Origin: Eledone cirrhosa
Lineage: Eukaryota
DNA: 64,000 bases
NCBI GenBank assembly: GCA_964016885.1
Contig: OZ024746.1
Location: forward strand, 10,912,001 to 10,976,000
Direction of reading: 5' to 3'
A model generated the notes under the pieces. It had not been told where the DNA came from, did no database searches, and worked only from the letters and a program-made list of their open reading frames with translations. The position numbers were made by a program, and so were the translations under genes. Shown here piece after piece: positions 1 to 13,820 of the stretch (position 1 is the stretch's first letter; each line of letters starts with the position of its first letter).

Positions 1-149
1 GTCCATCTGAGATAATGTTGTGATATTGGGAATATACTGAAGGTATTTGCATTGTTAACTGAAATGCTATTGAAAAAATAATAAGAAAAAAATAATAGTA
101 AGTAGGCTTCAACCAAATAACGTATATGGTTCGTAAAAGTATATTAACA

Positions 150-205
<56 letters not shown>

Positions 206-231
206 AATGATAATAATAATAATAAAAACAA

Positions 232-741
232 TTTACCACATTCTGAGAAGTGGTATGAGCATAAGCCAGAGTCGGTGATAGAAAACGATCAGGTGAAGGT
301 GCTGTGGGATTTTAGGATACAGACGGACAAGAAACTGGAACACAATAGACCTGACCTGGTGGTTTTGGACAAGGAAAAAAGATCGTGCCTGATTGTGGAT
401 GTGGCCTGCCGATTCGACACGAGAGTGCAAGAGAAGGAGAGGGAGAAAATTAACCGATACCAGGACTTAAAGTGGGAGGTAAAAAGGATTTGGAACTGCC
501 ATGAGGTCAAAGTGGTCCCAATTGTCAGAGGAGCACTAGGTACTATCTCAAAGAGTTTCCAAGGATGGTTAAAGAAAATTGGTCCCGCCCCGCTTTTTGG
601 AACACTTCAAAAGGCATGCTTGCTGGGAACAGCAAGAACCCTCCGATACGTCCTGAATATCTGAGGCTGCAGGTAGTGGCTTGATATTCATTTCAACAAA
701 CTTTCCAGTTAAATAAAATCAATGACTGAGACTCAAAGAAC
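232..741 (+). mobile_element. 5'-truncated R4/Dong-type non-LTR retrotransposon: restriction-like endonuclease C-terminus plus 3' UTR
   Basis: ORF 275-664 has LWDFRIQTDKKLEHNRPDLVV...IVDVA...EKEREKINRYQDL...VVPIVRGALG...LQKACLLGT, an RLE (PD..D..K) domain. It is flanked by (GAT)n/(AAT)n on both sides, consistent with TAA-repeat targeting. Confidence 0.9.
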
Positions 742-868
742 AATAATAATAATAATTATGATAATGATAATAATAATGAATTCGTTCTTTTATTTGCCAC
801 AATGCCCACTAATACATATAATAAAATGTATAGAAAGGTATTATAAAACGTGGAGAAGAACTAAACAA

Positions 869-1383
869 TCTATATATATAAAACTGTGGTTGTCTGTCTG
901 TCTATCGATTTTCGGCACACATCTCCTCTTAGAATCTCTCACGGAATTGCACCGAAATTGCTATACTTGTACATTGAGCCCTAGCGAAGACATCGGAAAA
1001 AAAAATTTCAAATTGACCCGCCCTATGTGAAGAAATCGAATATAATGTATCGATTTTTGAGCGTAAGTTATCAGTTATTTCCCTTTGTTCTGTTTACATT
1101 GAGCGTCTTACGTAAAAAATTACGCTGGCTTTCTCAGTCTTTGTTAATAAATAACCAGTGCAGTTTTTATCCCCAGCATCCTCTTTTGTTATAACATTCG
1201 GGTTATCGTTATGTTTTCTTAACTTCATAAGGCATATTGTTGGTTGAGGGAATATTAATCAAAAACACCACATGCAAGTCTGCACAGTAGACACTACAGT
1301 TTTTAAGCCAAGAAAGAAACTTAACATTGTAACTTTAACACAGCTACTGAGCGACCCCGAGCAACGCCGGGCTTTACTGCTAG
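869..1383 (+). mobile_element. Non-autonomous Helitron
   Basis: Begins TCTATATATATAAAA, ends with hairpin CCCGAGCAACGCCGGG then CTAG, and sits between host A and T. The 3' end is shared with the element at 54277-54596. Confidence 0.75.
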
Positions 1384-3154
1384 TGTTATATAAAAATGAG
1401 AAAAGTGGAAAAGGCGTTACGTAATATATTAAGACATGTAATAAAAGAAGATAATTTAAAGAATATAAGCCAGACCAAAGCTTCTTTATACAGTTCTCGT
1501 GGGTGTATATCATGTGGTGTTGTGTGATTGTCAGAACTCGCATGCCCAGTGAGAGCCCGCCTGATAAATTCAGCCACACCATCTGTTTGATATTGCAAGT
1601 CTGGAAGAGGCTTTATTTCCTGTGTCTATGCTTGGTACTCTAGCTTGCGTTATATGTATCCATGAAAACAACAGTGAGGTTTATTTACAATAGTTTATAA
1701 CTTTGTAAATAAACTTCACTATCGTTTATAACTTTGCCTATTAATCCGTATGGTGAGCAATTGGGGTCCCATGTGCTGGCCTCCCCACAGCTCCGATGAA
1801 CAGGATGGAGAAGGCGTTTCCCCGGAGGATGGTAAGGGAGATTCGCTGGAAGAGCCATTCCAACTCGCGAGGCTCACACCTGCGGCTGGTCAGCTCAGCG
1901 CCTATGGTGGTGAATAGAGAGGTAACCCTACTGAGATGAAGACTCTTTCTCCGTTAAGTTTCTGTTTATGTGAATTAATATTAATACGCTGAATAAATAA
2001 ACGGGCTGGTTGCCACGGGTGCCGTAGAATTACTCTTGTACTGATTTGCATGTAGATGTATGATAGGGGTTTTATTGGAGAGAAGGTTCTTGCTGGCGTT
2101 CTTCAGTCACAAAGAGATACACTTTCAGATAGTGTGATCCATAGCCGTCGCATGTCAACAGTCGCAGAGAGATGCTCGACCAACGAAACTGTCGAATATA
2201 GGGATAGATATGTCTTGAATTTCATAGAAGACGGAGACTTTCTGTAGGTTACTTAATGATGCTGAGGTTAATAATCACCGGATCGCAGAACATACGCATA
2301 CTGGGACCTTTAGGGGCGCAGTTTGCACAGTTATAGCACTGTACACTCACTTTCACATCCAACTCTAGTTAGTGGAGCCATTGCCACGACGGTGACGCGT
2401 TGGCCAGGGGTTGGTTTGATAGCGGGGATCGTATTGTGTATACAATATTGAGCAACTTTAGGACGGTGGGATCTGAAACTTAGCTGATATCGCAAACTAG
2501 GTGATAAAGAACCTAGAGACACCACTGTTACCACTAATTTCACCACAGTCTATTTACTGTACACCACTTTAGACCTAAAAGCAGGTCAGCACTATCCCTT
2601 TAGGAAGAGTAGTGAGGAAAGTTTGTACATACATAGGAACTCCACTACACCAGGTAGATATAGGAACCTAGAAAACAGAATAAGCTGAAGATTCCCTAGC
2701 TGAATCCCTATTCCAGACAGAGATATCATCATCTCAAGACAAAAGCCCTCTTTGCAAGTTCAAGTTCTCATATAAAGGGGCGGAAACAAGGGAGAAATCT
2801 ATTACATTCTGAACCGATTCAAATTCTTGAAACATTTTTAGATTTTTAGACAATACAGTATAAGTGGATCTTGTCCTTAACTCACATTTTACCAAACAAA
2901 TTACTAGGATCTATTTAAACTTCTAAAACGGTGGTTGGCATGACAATAACCCAGCAAGACCGTAGCTCAGAAAACAGAATAAAGAATAAAATATCAAACG
3001 TTGTATACATTTGATTTTATGAGAGACCGTCACTGGATCTGTGTATGCATCTCTCTGTGTGCGTCTGATTTTTCTGTTTGTCTCTCTGTTCTCTCTCTCT
3101 CTCTCACCCCACCCCTCTCTCTTTTCGCGTGGGCTTAGCTGTCATAGTCTTCTC

Positions 3155-3236
<82 letters not shown>

Positions 3237-3473
3237 CCGTTCAAACATGTAATACAAACGAAATACTTACACACAAAAAATAAAAATAAAATAACTTTGG
3301 TGAAACCTCATTCACACAAACGCAAATACACAGACAGGATGTCCATACAAAATAACAAGCACATTAGCAACTAAATGTATGACATCTACCAAACACCATC
3401 ATTCTTACAGTGTATATAACTTGAAACTAAACAAATGAATACGTCAGTCATTGGAATATTTTATAATGATAAT

Positions 3474-3762
3474 AATTGTTTCTACTTTTGGCTCAAGGCC
3501 AGCAATTACCCAGTACATTACTGCTACTTTATTTTATCGACCCCCTTAAGGATGAAAGGCAAAGTTAACCTCGGCGGGATTTGAACTCAGTCCGTAAAGG
3601 GACGTAACTCTATGCTGGAAACCATGACGTCTGACCCTCTACCGGTACTGCCAACCCACCCAATTTTATAATGATAATAATTGTTTCTACTTTAGGCACA
3701 AGGCCAGCAATTACCCAGTGCATTACTGGTACTTTATTTTATCGACCTTGTAAGGATGAAAA
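3474..3762 (-). mobile_element. tRNA-derived SINE family 1: one full copy plus one truncated copy
   Basis: Reverse complement of GGTGGATTGGCAGTATCGGTAGA...GAGTTCAAATCCCGCCGAGGTTAACTTTGCCTTTCATCCTTACGGGGTCGATAAAATAAAGTACCAG; A/B-box-like head; many copies in the window. Confidence 0.85.
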
Positions 3763-3988
3763 TATGATTGAATGTATTAATGTGAAGGGTCTGAAATCTA
3801 GAACACGATGATGTGTTTAGCGTTTGTTTAGATCTAGTTGTCGTTTCTGTTGTAATGTCGTTTCTATTTGTAGTCTACTTCCAAATCTCAGAAGCTATGA
3901 ATTGATTATAGGGTTCAATGTTCTCCCTAAAGATTAAAACTATACAATATTAAATACACTTGCGCATAGACATATGCACCATGTATGC

Positions 3989-4021
<33 letters not shown>

Positions 4022-4028
4022 TGTATGT

Positions 4029-4634
4029 CAGGTCACCAGTTGGTGCTACTGGTAACATGTATTCCAGTACAACCTGTCCCATGGTCGGGTCGTTGGCGAC
4101 TAAACTGGCAACCCCACCAAGGTTTCTTGGTGAGGAGGGTGACTTTGGACATCCTGCAGGACTAAAAACAAAACCTGTCAAAAGGCAAAGGAGCTCTTAG
4201 AGTCAATGGCCATCCAAAATCACCGGGAGAGATGACCCCTTAGCCTTTGTCAAGGCAGAATTCTAGGAGAAGGAAAACTCTGATATAACACCTGCAACCC
4301 TGATGGTATCCAATGATGTTGACTTGTTCTTCTTTTTGGTAAATATCATCTTGGTTAAGAGAGTGGGACTGGCTTTGTGCAGTGCCTTTGCTCACTATAA
4401 AAGCTTCACGGCACAGGCATTGCTTTATATCTGGAGATCTCTCTGCATTTGTCGTCACATGGTACCATGGGCCCAGCACTATGTGTCAATAATTGTCACA
4501 GGTGTAGTGTTTGTACCAGAGCTTTCAAGTCGCTGGCTGGACTAAAAAGTCACACTCGTTCAGCGCATCAGTAGGGGTTCTCCTACATGGATATAAAGTA
4601 GTGGCCGTACTCGAAAACGAGTTGGCAGCCACCA
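4029..4634 (+). mobile_element. ~600-bp non-autonomous retroposon with (TGTA)n tail, copy 1
   Basis: Near-identical to 4750-5346 and 45180-45750. All share the 3' end GAGTTGGCAGCCACCA-(TGTA)n and have variable 5' ends. Confidence 0.8.
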
Positions 4635-4749
4635 TGTATGTATGTATGTATGTATGTATGTATGTATGTATGTATGTATGTATGTATGTATGTATGTATG
4701 TATGCATGTATGTATGTATGTAAGTATGTATGTATGTATGCATGTATGT

Positions 4750-5346
4750 GTTGGTGCTAATGGTAACATATATCCCAGTACAACCTGTTCCATGGTCGGG
4801 TCGTTGGCGACTAAACCGGCAACCCCACCAAGGTTTCTTGGTGAGGAGGGTGACTTTCGACATCCTGCAGGACTAAAAACAAAACCTGTCAAAGGGCAAA
4901 GGAGCTCTTAAGAGTCAATGGCCATCCAAAATCACCGGGAGAGATGATCCCTTAGCCCTTGTCAAGGCAGAATTCTAGGAGAAGGAAAACTCTGATATAA
5001 CACCTGCAACCCTGATGGTATCCAATGATGTTAACTTGTTCTTCTTTTTGGTAAATATCATCTTGGTTAAGAGAGTGGGACTGGCTTTGTGCAGTGCCTT
5101 TGCTCACTATAAAAGCTTCACGGCACAGGCATTGCTTTATATCTGGAGATCTCTCTGCACTTGTCGTCACGGGGTACCATGGGCCCAGCACTGAGTGTCA
5201 ATAATTGTCACAAGTGTAGTGTTTGTACCAGAATTTTCAAGTCGCTGGCTGGACTAAAAAGTCACACTCGTTCAGCACATCGGTAGGGGTTCTCCTACAT
5301 GGATATAAAGTAGTGGGCGTACTCGAAAACGAGTTGGCAGCCACCA
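4750..5346 (+). mobile_element. ~600-bp non-autonomous retroposon with (TGTA)n tail, copy 2 (tandem)
   Basis: Direct repeat of 4029-4634, separated from it by a (TATG)n tract. Confidence 0.8.
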
Positions 5347-6164
5347 TGTATGTATGTATGTATGTATGTATGTATGTATGTATGTATGTATGTATGTATG
5401 TATGTATGAATGTATGTTGTATGTATGAACGTGTATATACATTCACACACACACACACATATATATATATATACATGTATATATATGTCCCTGTATATGT
5501 ATGTATATATATATAATTATACATGATGAGAGAGAGGGAGAGAGAGAGAGAGAGAGAGAGATATAGATAGAGAGAGAGAGAGATGCATAATCATATATAT
5601 ATATATATATATATGATTATACAATCAAACACAGGAACCCCCGCCACACACACACGCACACACACACACACATAAGTATGCATGTTTTTATATATATATA
5701 TATATATATATAAACATGCATACTTTCGCACATATATACATATATGTATGTATGTGTATGTCTGTGTAAGTATATAACTATGTATATGTGGATGTATGAA
5801 TGTTTATGTATATCTATGTATGTGTGTCTGTGTATGAAGGTGTGTATGTAGGCAAAGATTGTACTCTGTTCAGCTGAGTAGAAAGTATTCCGCTATTTCA
5901 TATGAAACATGATATGAAAATGACAGATTTTATATTCACTCTTCGTTTGAAAGCTGTTGTCACTTGAAGGGTAGTGTAAACATTGACAATGCTAGAGCGA
6001 GAATGTATTGAAAGAAACACATTTTATGTTTTCTATTCAATAATTTTCCTCACGTATGTACCGCAAAAAAAATAAAAAAATAAAAACAGAAAACAGAACT
6101 ACAGCTACGAAGGTGAGTCAGCGATGGCGTTCTTCCTTCAGGTGTGACAACGTTATTATTATTT

Positions 6165-6352
6165 GGTGGTGGATTGGCAGTATCGGTAGAAGGTCGGACG
6201 CCATGCTTTGACGCATAGAGTTAAGGCCCTTGCCATGCTGAGTTCAAATCTCGCCGAGGTTAACTTTGCCTTTCAGCCTTACGGGATCGATAAAATAAAG
6301 TACCAGTAATGTACTGGGTAATTGTTGGCCTTGCGCCAATAGTAGAAACAGT
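6165..6352 (+). mobile_element. SINE family 1 copy
   Basis: Matches the family consensus; flanked by the direct repeat TTATTATTATTTGGTGG (probable TSD). Confidence 0.85.
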
Positions 6353-8018
6353 TATTATTATTTGGTGGGGGGGGGGGATTCGAAAAACTGAGATCCCTGA
6401 GATCCCTTAGATCCCTGAGATCTCGGTGGCTACCAGGACAAAAATAAATTTATCTTACAATGACACGTACGTCGCCATCTTCTCATCCTCTGTACAAAGG
6501 ATGGAAGCTTGGTATATAACCGAAGTGAAATGTGATGTCCCAGACGACCATATTACTCCCTTCCAGCGAGAAAATTGTTAACGACCGATTATACCTGCTA
6601 GAAATAACAACCAACACGAGTATATGTCAATGTCTGTGTTCATGTCCCGTAACATAATGGTTGGAAAAAAAAAAAAGAAAGATCAATGAAATAATTAGCA
6701 TATTTAAAAAATATATATTACTGGGTTTGAAAGGATAATACAACCGAAGTTAAGTGATCCAACCATCAGCATCTATCCACCTTTTAAAGGACCCTTGTAA
6801 CCAAGGTATGAGATGGATGCACAAACTTCCGTATCCCGAGACCCTAAAGAGGGTTCGGAAGAGAACAAATTTTGACAATTGGAACCTAATATATAATGTC
6901 AACCACAAAATATCATCTACTTACTATTTGGTTTTATTAAAAACTTTTTAAAAATTTTATCTACAAAGAAAATATATTTATTGCGAAGTGGTTATTACAT
7001 GCAATTTAAAATAATACAATGAAATTTCAACTTTGATAGTTTTTACTTCATTGAATTAATTTTTCTGTTTTGTCATCAGTTGTTTGTAACCATGAAATAT
7101 TGACTGCTGTCATTTTAACTCAATATAAAAACAGAATATTCCAAAATAGTTTTATTCATATCAATCAATAAATGTTACATTTTGTACCACATTTTCCCAA
7201 TATTTTTATTTTAGAAATCGAAAAAAAAAAAGAAAATATCAATTAAAGGAAATGGAAGTTATTTGTATAAACAATTAACATTTCCATAGATTTGGTAAAC
7301 TTCTGTATTTTGAAACTTCATACAATTAGCTGAATCATGCAAATATGCTATACATAGTTATATGAAATCGACTGTATTTGCTTTCAATTTACACCGTTTT
7401 ATCTAACTTTATTCCAAAGTAAAACAGACCATTTTTTTTTTCAATTTTCTTTAGCACAGAATTGTTTGATCTTGCTTGAGTAGCTAATTGGTAAAATAGA
7501 AAATTTGTTGTTTTTTTACGTCTAGATTTTTGTCACATAAGCAAGCACTAGAGATATTGTGTATATCAGATGTCAACCATTTCTTCAAATCAATAAACTA
7601 AAATATAACTGAGAACACAACAAAGGAAGCCATATTACTGCAGATCTTCAAACCCTTAAAATATAAAATACTGCGTGGTTGCATTAAACCTGAAGTATTA
7701 CATCAATCTAGTACATCAAAGCAAAACAACAAAGTATCTCATGAAACACAGACCAAAGCAGTAGATCAAAACATCACACCATGATAATATATAAAAACCC
7801 AACCCCAAGACCCAAGATACTACATGAAAAGATTTCACCAAAACACCATACATATTGTATAATATACTACTGCACATAAATATTATTTGAACAAATGACT
7901 ACCTTGCACGTTTGTAACCATATGCCGCACTAATTGATTTGCAGAAAAACAATAAAACATAGACACTCTGTTATCTTCTTTCGCATATTTTGCATTGTAG
8001 TACGTAACAGGTTTTCAA

Positions 8019-8124
<106 letters not shown>

Positions 8125-8439
8125 CTATATAAGAATGGGAGAGAAGAGGTCAATATGTACCAAAGTTTACAAGATGGATGCCTGCAGAAATCTATTTATT
8201 CACCGCTATTATACCCTTCCCTATATAACTAAAATAGCTGACATATCACCTGGATACGCAACAGATGCAGTTAAAATAGCGACAAATGCACCAGAACGAA
8301 AGAGTTCCAAAGAGTCATCACCGAAAACGATTACCCAACACTGTAATGCCAAAACACCACCTAGGTATCAAGAATCAAATTATTTTTTTTCTTTCTATTT
8401 TTCTTTCTACTGTTAGTGTGATGCTGGTGAGAGGAGTAA

Positions 8440-8800
8440 GAAAGTTATTTAGAGAATTCACTGTTGGCTAACGCGTTGTTCTAGTATGGCGCCGCTCTGT
8501 CAAAGGTGGCCTTGTTAGGGGAAAGATTTGAGACACTTGTGCTGATGTTTTTGACGAAGTTTTTAAAGACCGTTTGCGGGTTGCAGGAGTCCTTATGCGT
8601 CATTGAGTTTGTGGAAAGTTCTGTATGTGTGTGTGTGTGTGTGTATGTGTGGGGGGCGTGCGTGTGTGTGTGTGTGAAGGTCTAGGTTGACGTCTAAGTA
8701 ATTTGCACTAGTCAGATTGGTGGCTACAATAATCTTAAGTCGGTAAAACGTTGCTATCAGGTTTTTCCTAAAGCGGTCTAGGTCATTATTTTCACAGAAA
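8440..8800 (-). pseudogene. Degenerate Penelope-like RT fragment (RT C-terminal/thumb region)
   Basis: Translates as LDRFRKNLIATF...NLTSANYLDVNLDL...YRTFHKLND, then after a frameshift HKDSCNPQTVFKNFVKNISTSVSNLSPNKATFDRAAPY*NNALANSEF, typical of PLE RT. Interrupted by a (CA)n expansion. Confidence 0.75.
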
Positions 8801-9348
8801 TACCAACAGACTCTCTTATATTTGGGATGAGATATCTGAGGCCACAAGTAAATAACTATGAATTTTTAAAATTAAGATTTCAAAATTACTAAAATATATG
8901 AAAATTTACATCCTACAGATACGATATTAAATTCCACATCAACAGAATTATATAATCAAATTATATAACCAAATATAACCAAACACAGTTTCCTTAGCGT
9001 CCCCACAAAATAAAGAAACACACAAAAAAACCTACATTTCTGAAACCTGCCATATTTATATCTTAACTGCCTCTCTTGCCTTTCTTTCTTCATTGTTTAC
9101 TTCTTACAAGACTCTATACAACAATGGGATTTATAAAATTTCTTTCATGCTTGATGGACTCCTGCAGAAGACTAACAAATATATTTGTCGTATTTGATCT
9201 TTTTGAACACACACTCACAAACACATACACACACTCATAAACACGCATGCACACACAGATAATTACACACACACACATATATATATATATATATGTATGT
9301 ATGTACTTATGTACATATATATATATGTATGCATGCATGTGTATATAA

Positions 9349-9379
<31 letters not shown>

Positions 9380-9426
9380 AAGTTACATACACCCACGCAC
9401 GCACACACACATATTCATATATACAT

Positions 9427-9513
<87 letters not shown>

Positions 9514-10139
9514 TATATATATATGTTTTATATATATATATATATATATATAACATATAACATATAATATATATATATATATGGCTGCATATAAAGCCAG
9601 ACTGAAGCCAGTAAAAAGAATAAAAGATTATATACTTCTACTGATATGTGTGGATGATGTTCGGTCAGAACATTGAACTGTGTGAGTTGTTTCACATTTA
9701 CTCAAAGATAAAGCCGATTCTTTGCTCATTATTTGAGAAATACAGTTTTGCAAGATTTTCTTGGCAACTCTCATTTGATAGCGTAAACAAGTACACCATT
9801 GTTTCATGATGAAAACGTTTCATCTATAACAGGGACCACATAACTATATATCTGCATACAGAGAGCTGCACACTCACACGCATACGCACACACGCAGCCA
9901 CACACTCACACACAATAAAAAGCGCGCACATACATACACACACGCAGACACACACACACACACATACATTTATATACACATGCATATATGTATATATGTA
10001 TATATATATATACATATATGCATATATCTATCTATATCTATCTATCTATCTATATATATATATATATGTAAAACACAACTGGCTAACTACACCTGCAATT
10101 CGTATTTGTGTAACTATCTATGTATATATAAATATACAT

Positions 10140-10258
<119 letters not shown>

Positions 10259-10456
10259 CATATGTGTAAACATAGACACACTCACAAACACACATACACA
10301 CACTCACACACACACACACTCACACAGATGTATATATATTGTAAACGAATGATCTACTTTAACTGCAATACACAGGTCAGACATAGAGAGAAAATGGTGG
10401 ATGTTATAAACAACCTTGTCTTTTAAGTAATATATACATGTTTATGTGTTTATGTG

Positions 10457-10582
<126 letters not shown>

Positions 10583-10690
10583 GTGTGTGATATGTGTATG
10601 TATACATGTCTGTGCGGTGAGTGTATATGCGTTTTAATGTGAGATATATTTAGAAGTATATGCTTGTGTATATATATGTATATGTGTATA

Positions 10691-10744
<54 letters not shown>

Positions 10745-11008
10745 CATGCATGAATATATTATACAATCTCTCATAAGAACCTGTGTGCACTAACAGCAAT
10801 ATAGTTGATTGATGTGCATATATCAAATGAAACATTTGCAAATCCTGTCTAGATCAACAACAGGTGCATACAGCCACACGCTTGCAGGCGATGTATGTAC
10901 AGACAGTTTTTCTAATAATATTCTCTTTTTCCTCGATCTCTCTCTTTCTTTAGCTCATTCATTTCAACTTTTGCAGCAGCTACACTTACATAAAAGTTAT
11001 AGGTATAT

Positions 11009-11712
11009 ATGAGTTTGTAACGAAAGTTCTGTCCGTTTGTTCGTTATTTTTTTAAGTAAATCTCGAGTTAGATTTAAAGGTGTCTAACTTCTCAATTATA
11101 TGTTTCATTTTATTCCAGATTTTGTCAAATTTATTTTCAATGAAACTGTTATATTGGTGATATGTTAACTCTAAGTAAAGAACACATTCGTCATCTTACA
11201 CCTAAATGAATTTCAAAAACGTAATATTGTAAGTGTAGCAACAAAGTTGCCCCAAAACATTTACGGAGATGGTGTAGTGATTTAAAGAACATTGAGGAGA
11301 TGGTTTTCAAGATTCAGAATTGGGGACTACAACCTGTAGAGTGAATCAAGAGACGGGTTCCCAAGACGACTGAATTCTGATATATTAGAAACCACCTTTG
11401 ATGTAAACCTGAGCGTTAAAGTCAAGGAACTAAGGCCGGACTTCAATGTAAGCCATACCACCGTCGTGAATTGAAAAAAGTTTAGTAAACTGTCAAAGGC
11501 TGGAAAGTGTGTTCTGCACGATCTCTCTGCTGACAATCTCAAACAACGTGTTGACTGCTGGACAACGTGCTCGTGAGCTGCAAATACCGTCTTTGAATAG
11601 AGTCATCACTGGAGACGGCAAATGGATATTTTACCATAATTTTAAGCGAAGACGTCAGTGACTCAGTCGTGGTGAAGAGCTATCCCAGCAACCCAGACGT
11701 GGCCTACATCCA
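11009..11712 (+). mobile_element. Mariner (Tc1/mariner) transposon relic, 5' part
   Basis: Broken frames give IYGDGVV, TLRRWFSRFRIGDYNL, KAGKCVLHDL (WVPHEL-like) and [23 protein letters not shown]-preceded TIR-like start lies near 11009; truncated at (TA)n. Confidence 0.8.
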
Positions 11713-11741
11713 TGTATGTGTGTATATATATATATATATAA

Positions 11742-11816
<75 letters not shown>

Positions 11817-11851
11817 CATTATATATATATATATATATATATACATTATAT

Positions 11852-11939
<88 letters not shown>

Positions 11940-12410
11940 TTATTAAAATAACAGATTAAAGTTTAAGCAAAGAATCGCTGCTTTCACCCTTAACGGGATC
12001 TTCTGAAATTAACAAAGTCAATCTGTAAACGCAGAAGTGGATATTTCAAAAACGTAGCAACCGGAGGAAGACAGGAAGACGATACTTTGGTTCGTGGAAA
12101 CGTTCCCCATGCAAATAAGTAATGGTATAAACATAACATATACTTAGCTACCACATCAAGACGTAAAATATCCACGTATAGATCGACCTATCCGTTAGGG
12201 TATAAAGTGGGGCTGTAATACAGGAAAGTTTTGTGCAATTTATGTTTACAAGCCGAAATTGCCTCAGATTTTTTGTTTAAGATGTGGTCTGTGGCGTAGA
12301 GTATTTCCAGGGCCTCAGCGGCGCAGAGGTCACACGGTCTTTTATTTCCGTTATACGACCTCCTTTTCGGGTAGTGTTTTCCAGAGAGTGGGATTTATCA
12401 CTTTTCTTAA
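11940..12410 (-). mobile_element. Penelope-like element 3' end: GIY-YIG C-terminus plus pLTR
   Basis: Minus strand ~12355-12215 translates SYNGNKRPCDLCAAEALEILYATDHILNKKSEAISACKHK (CxLC..E...LNKxSE...CxH motif), followed by a non-coding tail ending in (TA)n. Confidence 0.75.
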
Positions 12411-12412
12411 TA

Positions 12413-12691
12413 ATAGTGAAAGAGTGAAGAATAACATGGTCAACAGTACAAAAAGGGTTTTATTTACAGTATTAACAATTGTTTCATTGGTTAAGTTGTC
12501 TTAAAATTGCTAATCACTTGAAGTTGTGTCACTCAATTTTAAATAAGATGTATGTTTAACCAAATCATCAGAAAAACTGAAAAAAATTTATACACAGCGT
12601 TTACAAATTCAAATTACAACATCATTAATAAAGAAAGAAAAAGAAAAAGACAGAGAGAAAAAAGAGAAATAAAGAAAGAAGGAAATTAATA

Positions 12692-12727
<36 letters not shown>

Positions 12728-13319
12728 ACGAAAGAAGGAAGGAAGAAAAAAAATAAAGAAAAAGATAAAGAAAAGTGCGAAGAAAATGAACATAATATGA
12801 TTGTTGAAAATAGTTGTGGTGTTGGTAGTTAAAATATAAAGATATGATGGTATAAACATGAAAGTATTAAATGTGGATTGGCAGTATCGGTAGAGGGTCG
12901 GACGCCATGCTTTGCAGCATAGAGTTACGGCTCTTTATGATCTGAGCTCAAATCCCGACGAGGTTAACTTTGCTTTTCATCCTTATGGGGTCGATAAAAT
13001 AAAGTACCAGTCACGCACTGGGGTCGATTTAATCGACTTTCCCCTCCCCCAAAATTACTGGCCTTGTGCCTATATAAGAAACCATTTTTTAAATTAATAA
13101 ATTGGAAGTTATATTAGAAGTGAAGATAATACGATAGGTTATAATGTAAGAGATGAAATATATTCGCACACATATAAAAGTTTTTTATTTATCTTTTATC
13201 ATCTTCGCTATAACTTATTAATTATTATTCATTTATTATCACTGCTTTTATTTTTTCTCTCTATTTTTCTTTTTCTTTTTCTTTTTCTTTTTCTTTTTCT
13301 TTTTCTTTTTCTTTTTTCT

Positions 13320-13367
<48 letters not shown>

Positions 13368-13462
13368 TATTAATTTCCTTCTTTCTTTATTTCTCTTTTT
13401 TCTCTCTGTCTTTTTCTTTTTCTTTCTTTAGTTGACCATGTTATTCTTCACTCTTTCACTAT
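12413..13462. repeat. Inverted duplication (PLE-like inverted LTR arrangement)
   Basis: 12413-12443 is inverted at 13430-13462, and the purine-rich block 12627-12730 is inverted at ~13320-13430. Confidence 0.65.
12872..13085 (+). mobile_element. SINE family 1 copy
   Basis: Matches the family consensus. Confidence 0.85.
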
Positions 13463-13467
13463 ATATA

Positions 13468-13509
<42 letters not shown>

Positions 13510-13511
<2 letters not shown>

Positions 13512-13763
13512 GGTCGCATTCTTTAAGGGTATGTCAATATTTATTTATAAAACTGATCTATATTATATTTTATCTGATGAAAGCACACCATAATTTAACT
13601 TGGTGTCCTTGAAATATGTATAATGAAATAAATATGGTTTTATAAATATAGTTTCAATTTGTTAATATATCGTATTTTTACTCCAATAATTTGTTGAGTG
13701 CTTTATATCAGTTATAAAAATATTTGCTTGTTGTATCCCAACAATTTAAATAGAACTTCTACA
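13510..13763 (+). mobile_element. Family A hammerhead-bearing element (PLE pLTR/retrozyme-like) in (TA)n
   Basis: Homologous to 25008-25166, 25632-25997 and 63155-63590; flanked by (TA)n. Confidence 0.75.
13568..13628 (+). ncRNA. Type I hammerhead ribozyme, family A
   Basis: UUUUAU-CUGAUGA-[AAGcACACCA..UGGUGUcCUU]-GAAA-UAUGUA-UA-AUGAAA: stem I, core, stem II and a short stem III are all present. Confidence 0.85.
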
Positions 13764-13780
13764 TATATATATATATTAAA

Positions 13781-13820
<40 letters not shown>

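Noticed and set aside
4030-4160. Canonical HDV-like ribozyme at the 5' end of the 600-bp retroposon
   Set aside because: P1-like and P4/CUAA-like pieces exist, but I could not arrange them in the HDV nested double-pseudoknot order.
4240-4479. Conserved 79-aa ORF present three times
   Set aside because: Conservation reflects recent repeat copies. It is antisense to the inferred element orientation and has no recognisable domain.
6165-6270. tRNA genes
   Set aside because: These are tRNA-like SINE heads with no complete cloverleaf, attached to a repeated SINE body.
11972-12008. Intact hammerhead in this pLTR (also ~12545-12575 minus and ~14533 plus)
   Set aside because: The cores are broken (CAGAAGA; TAAAC instead of GAAAC) or stems I/III cannot be formed.
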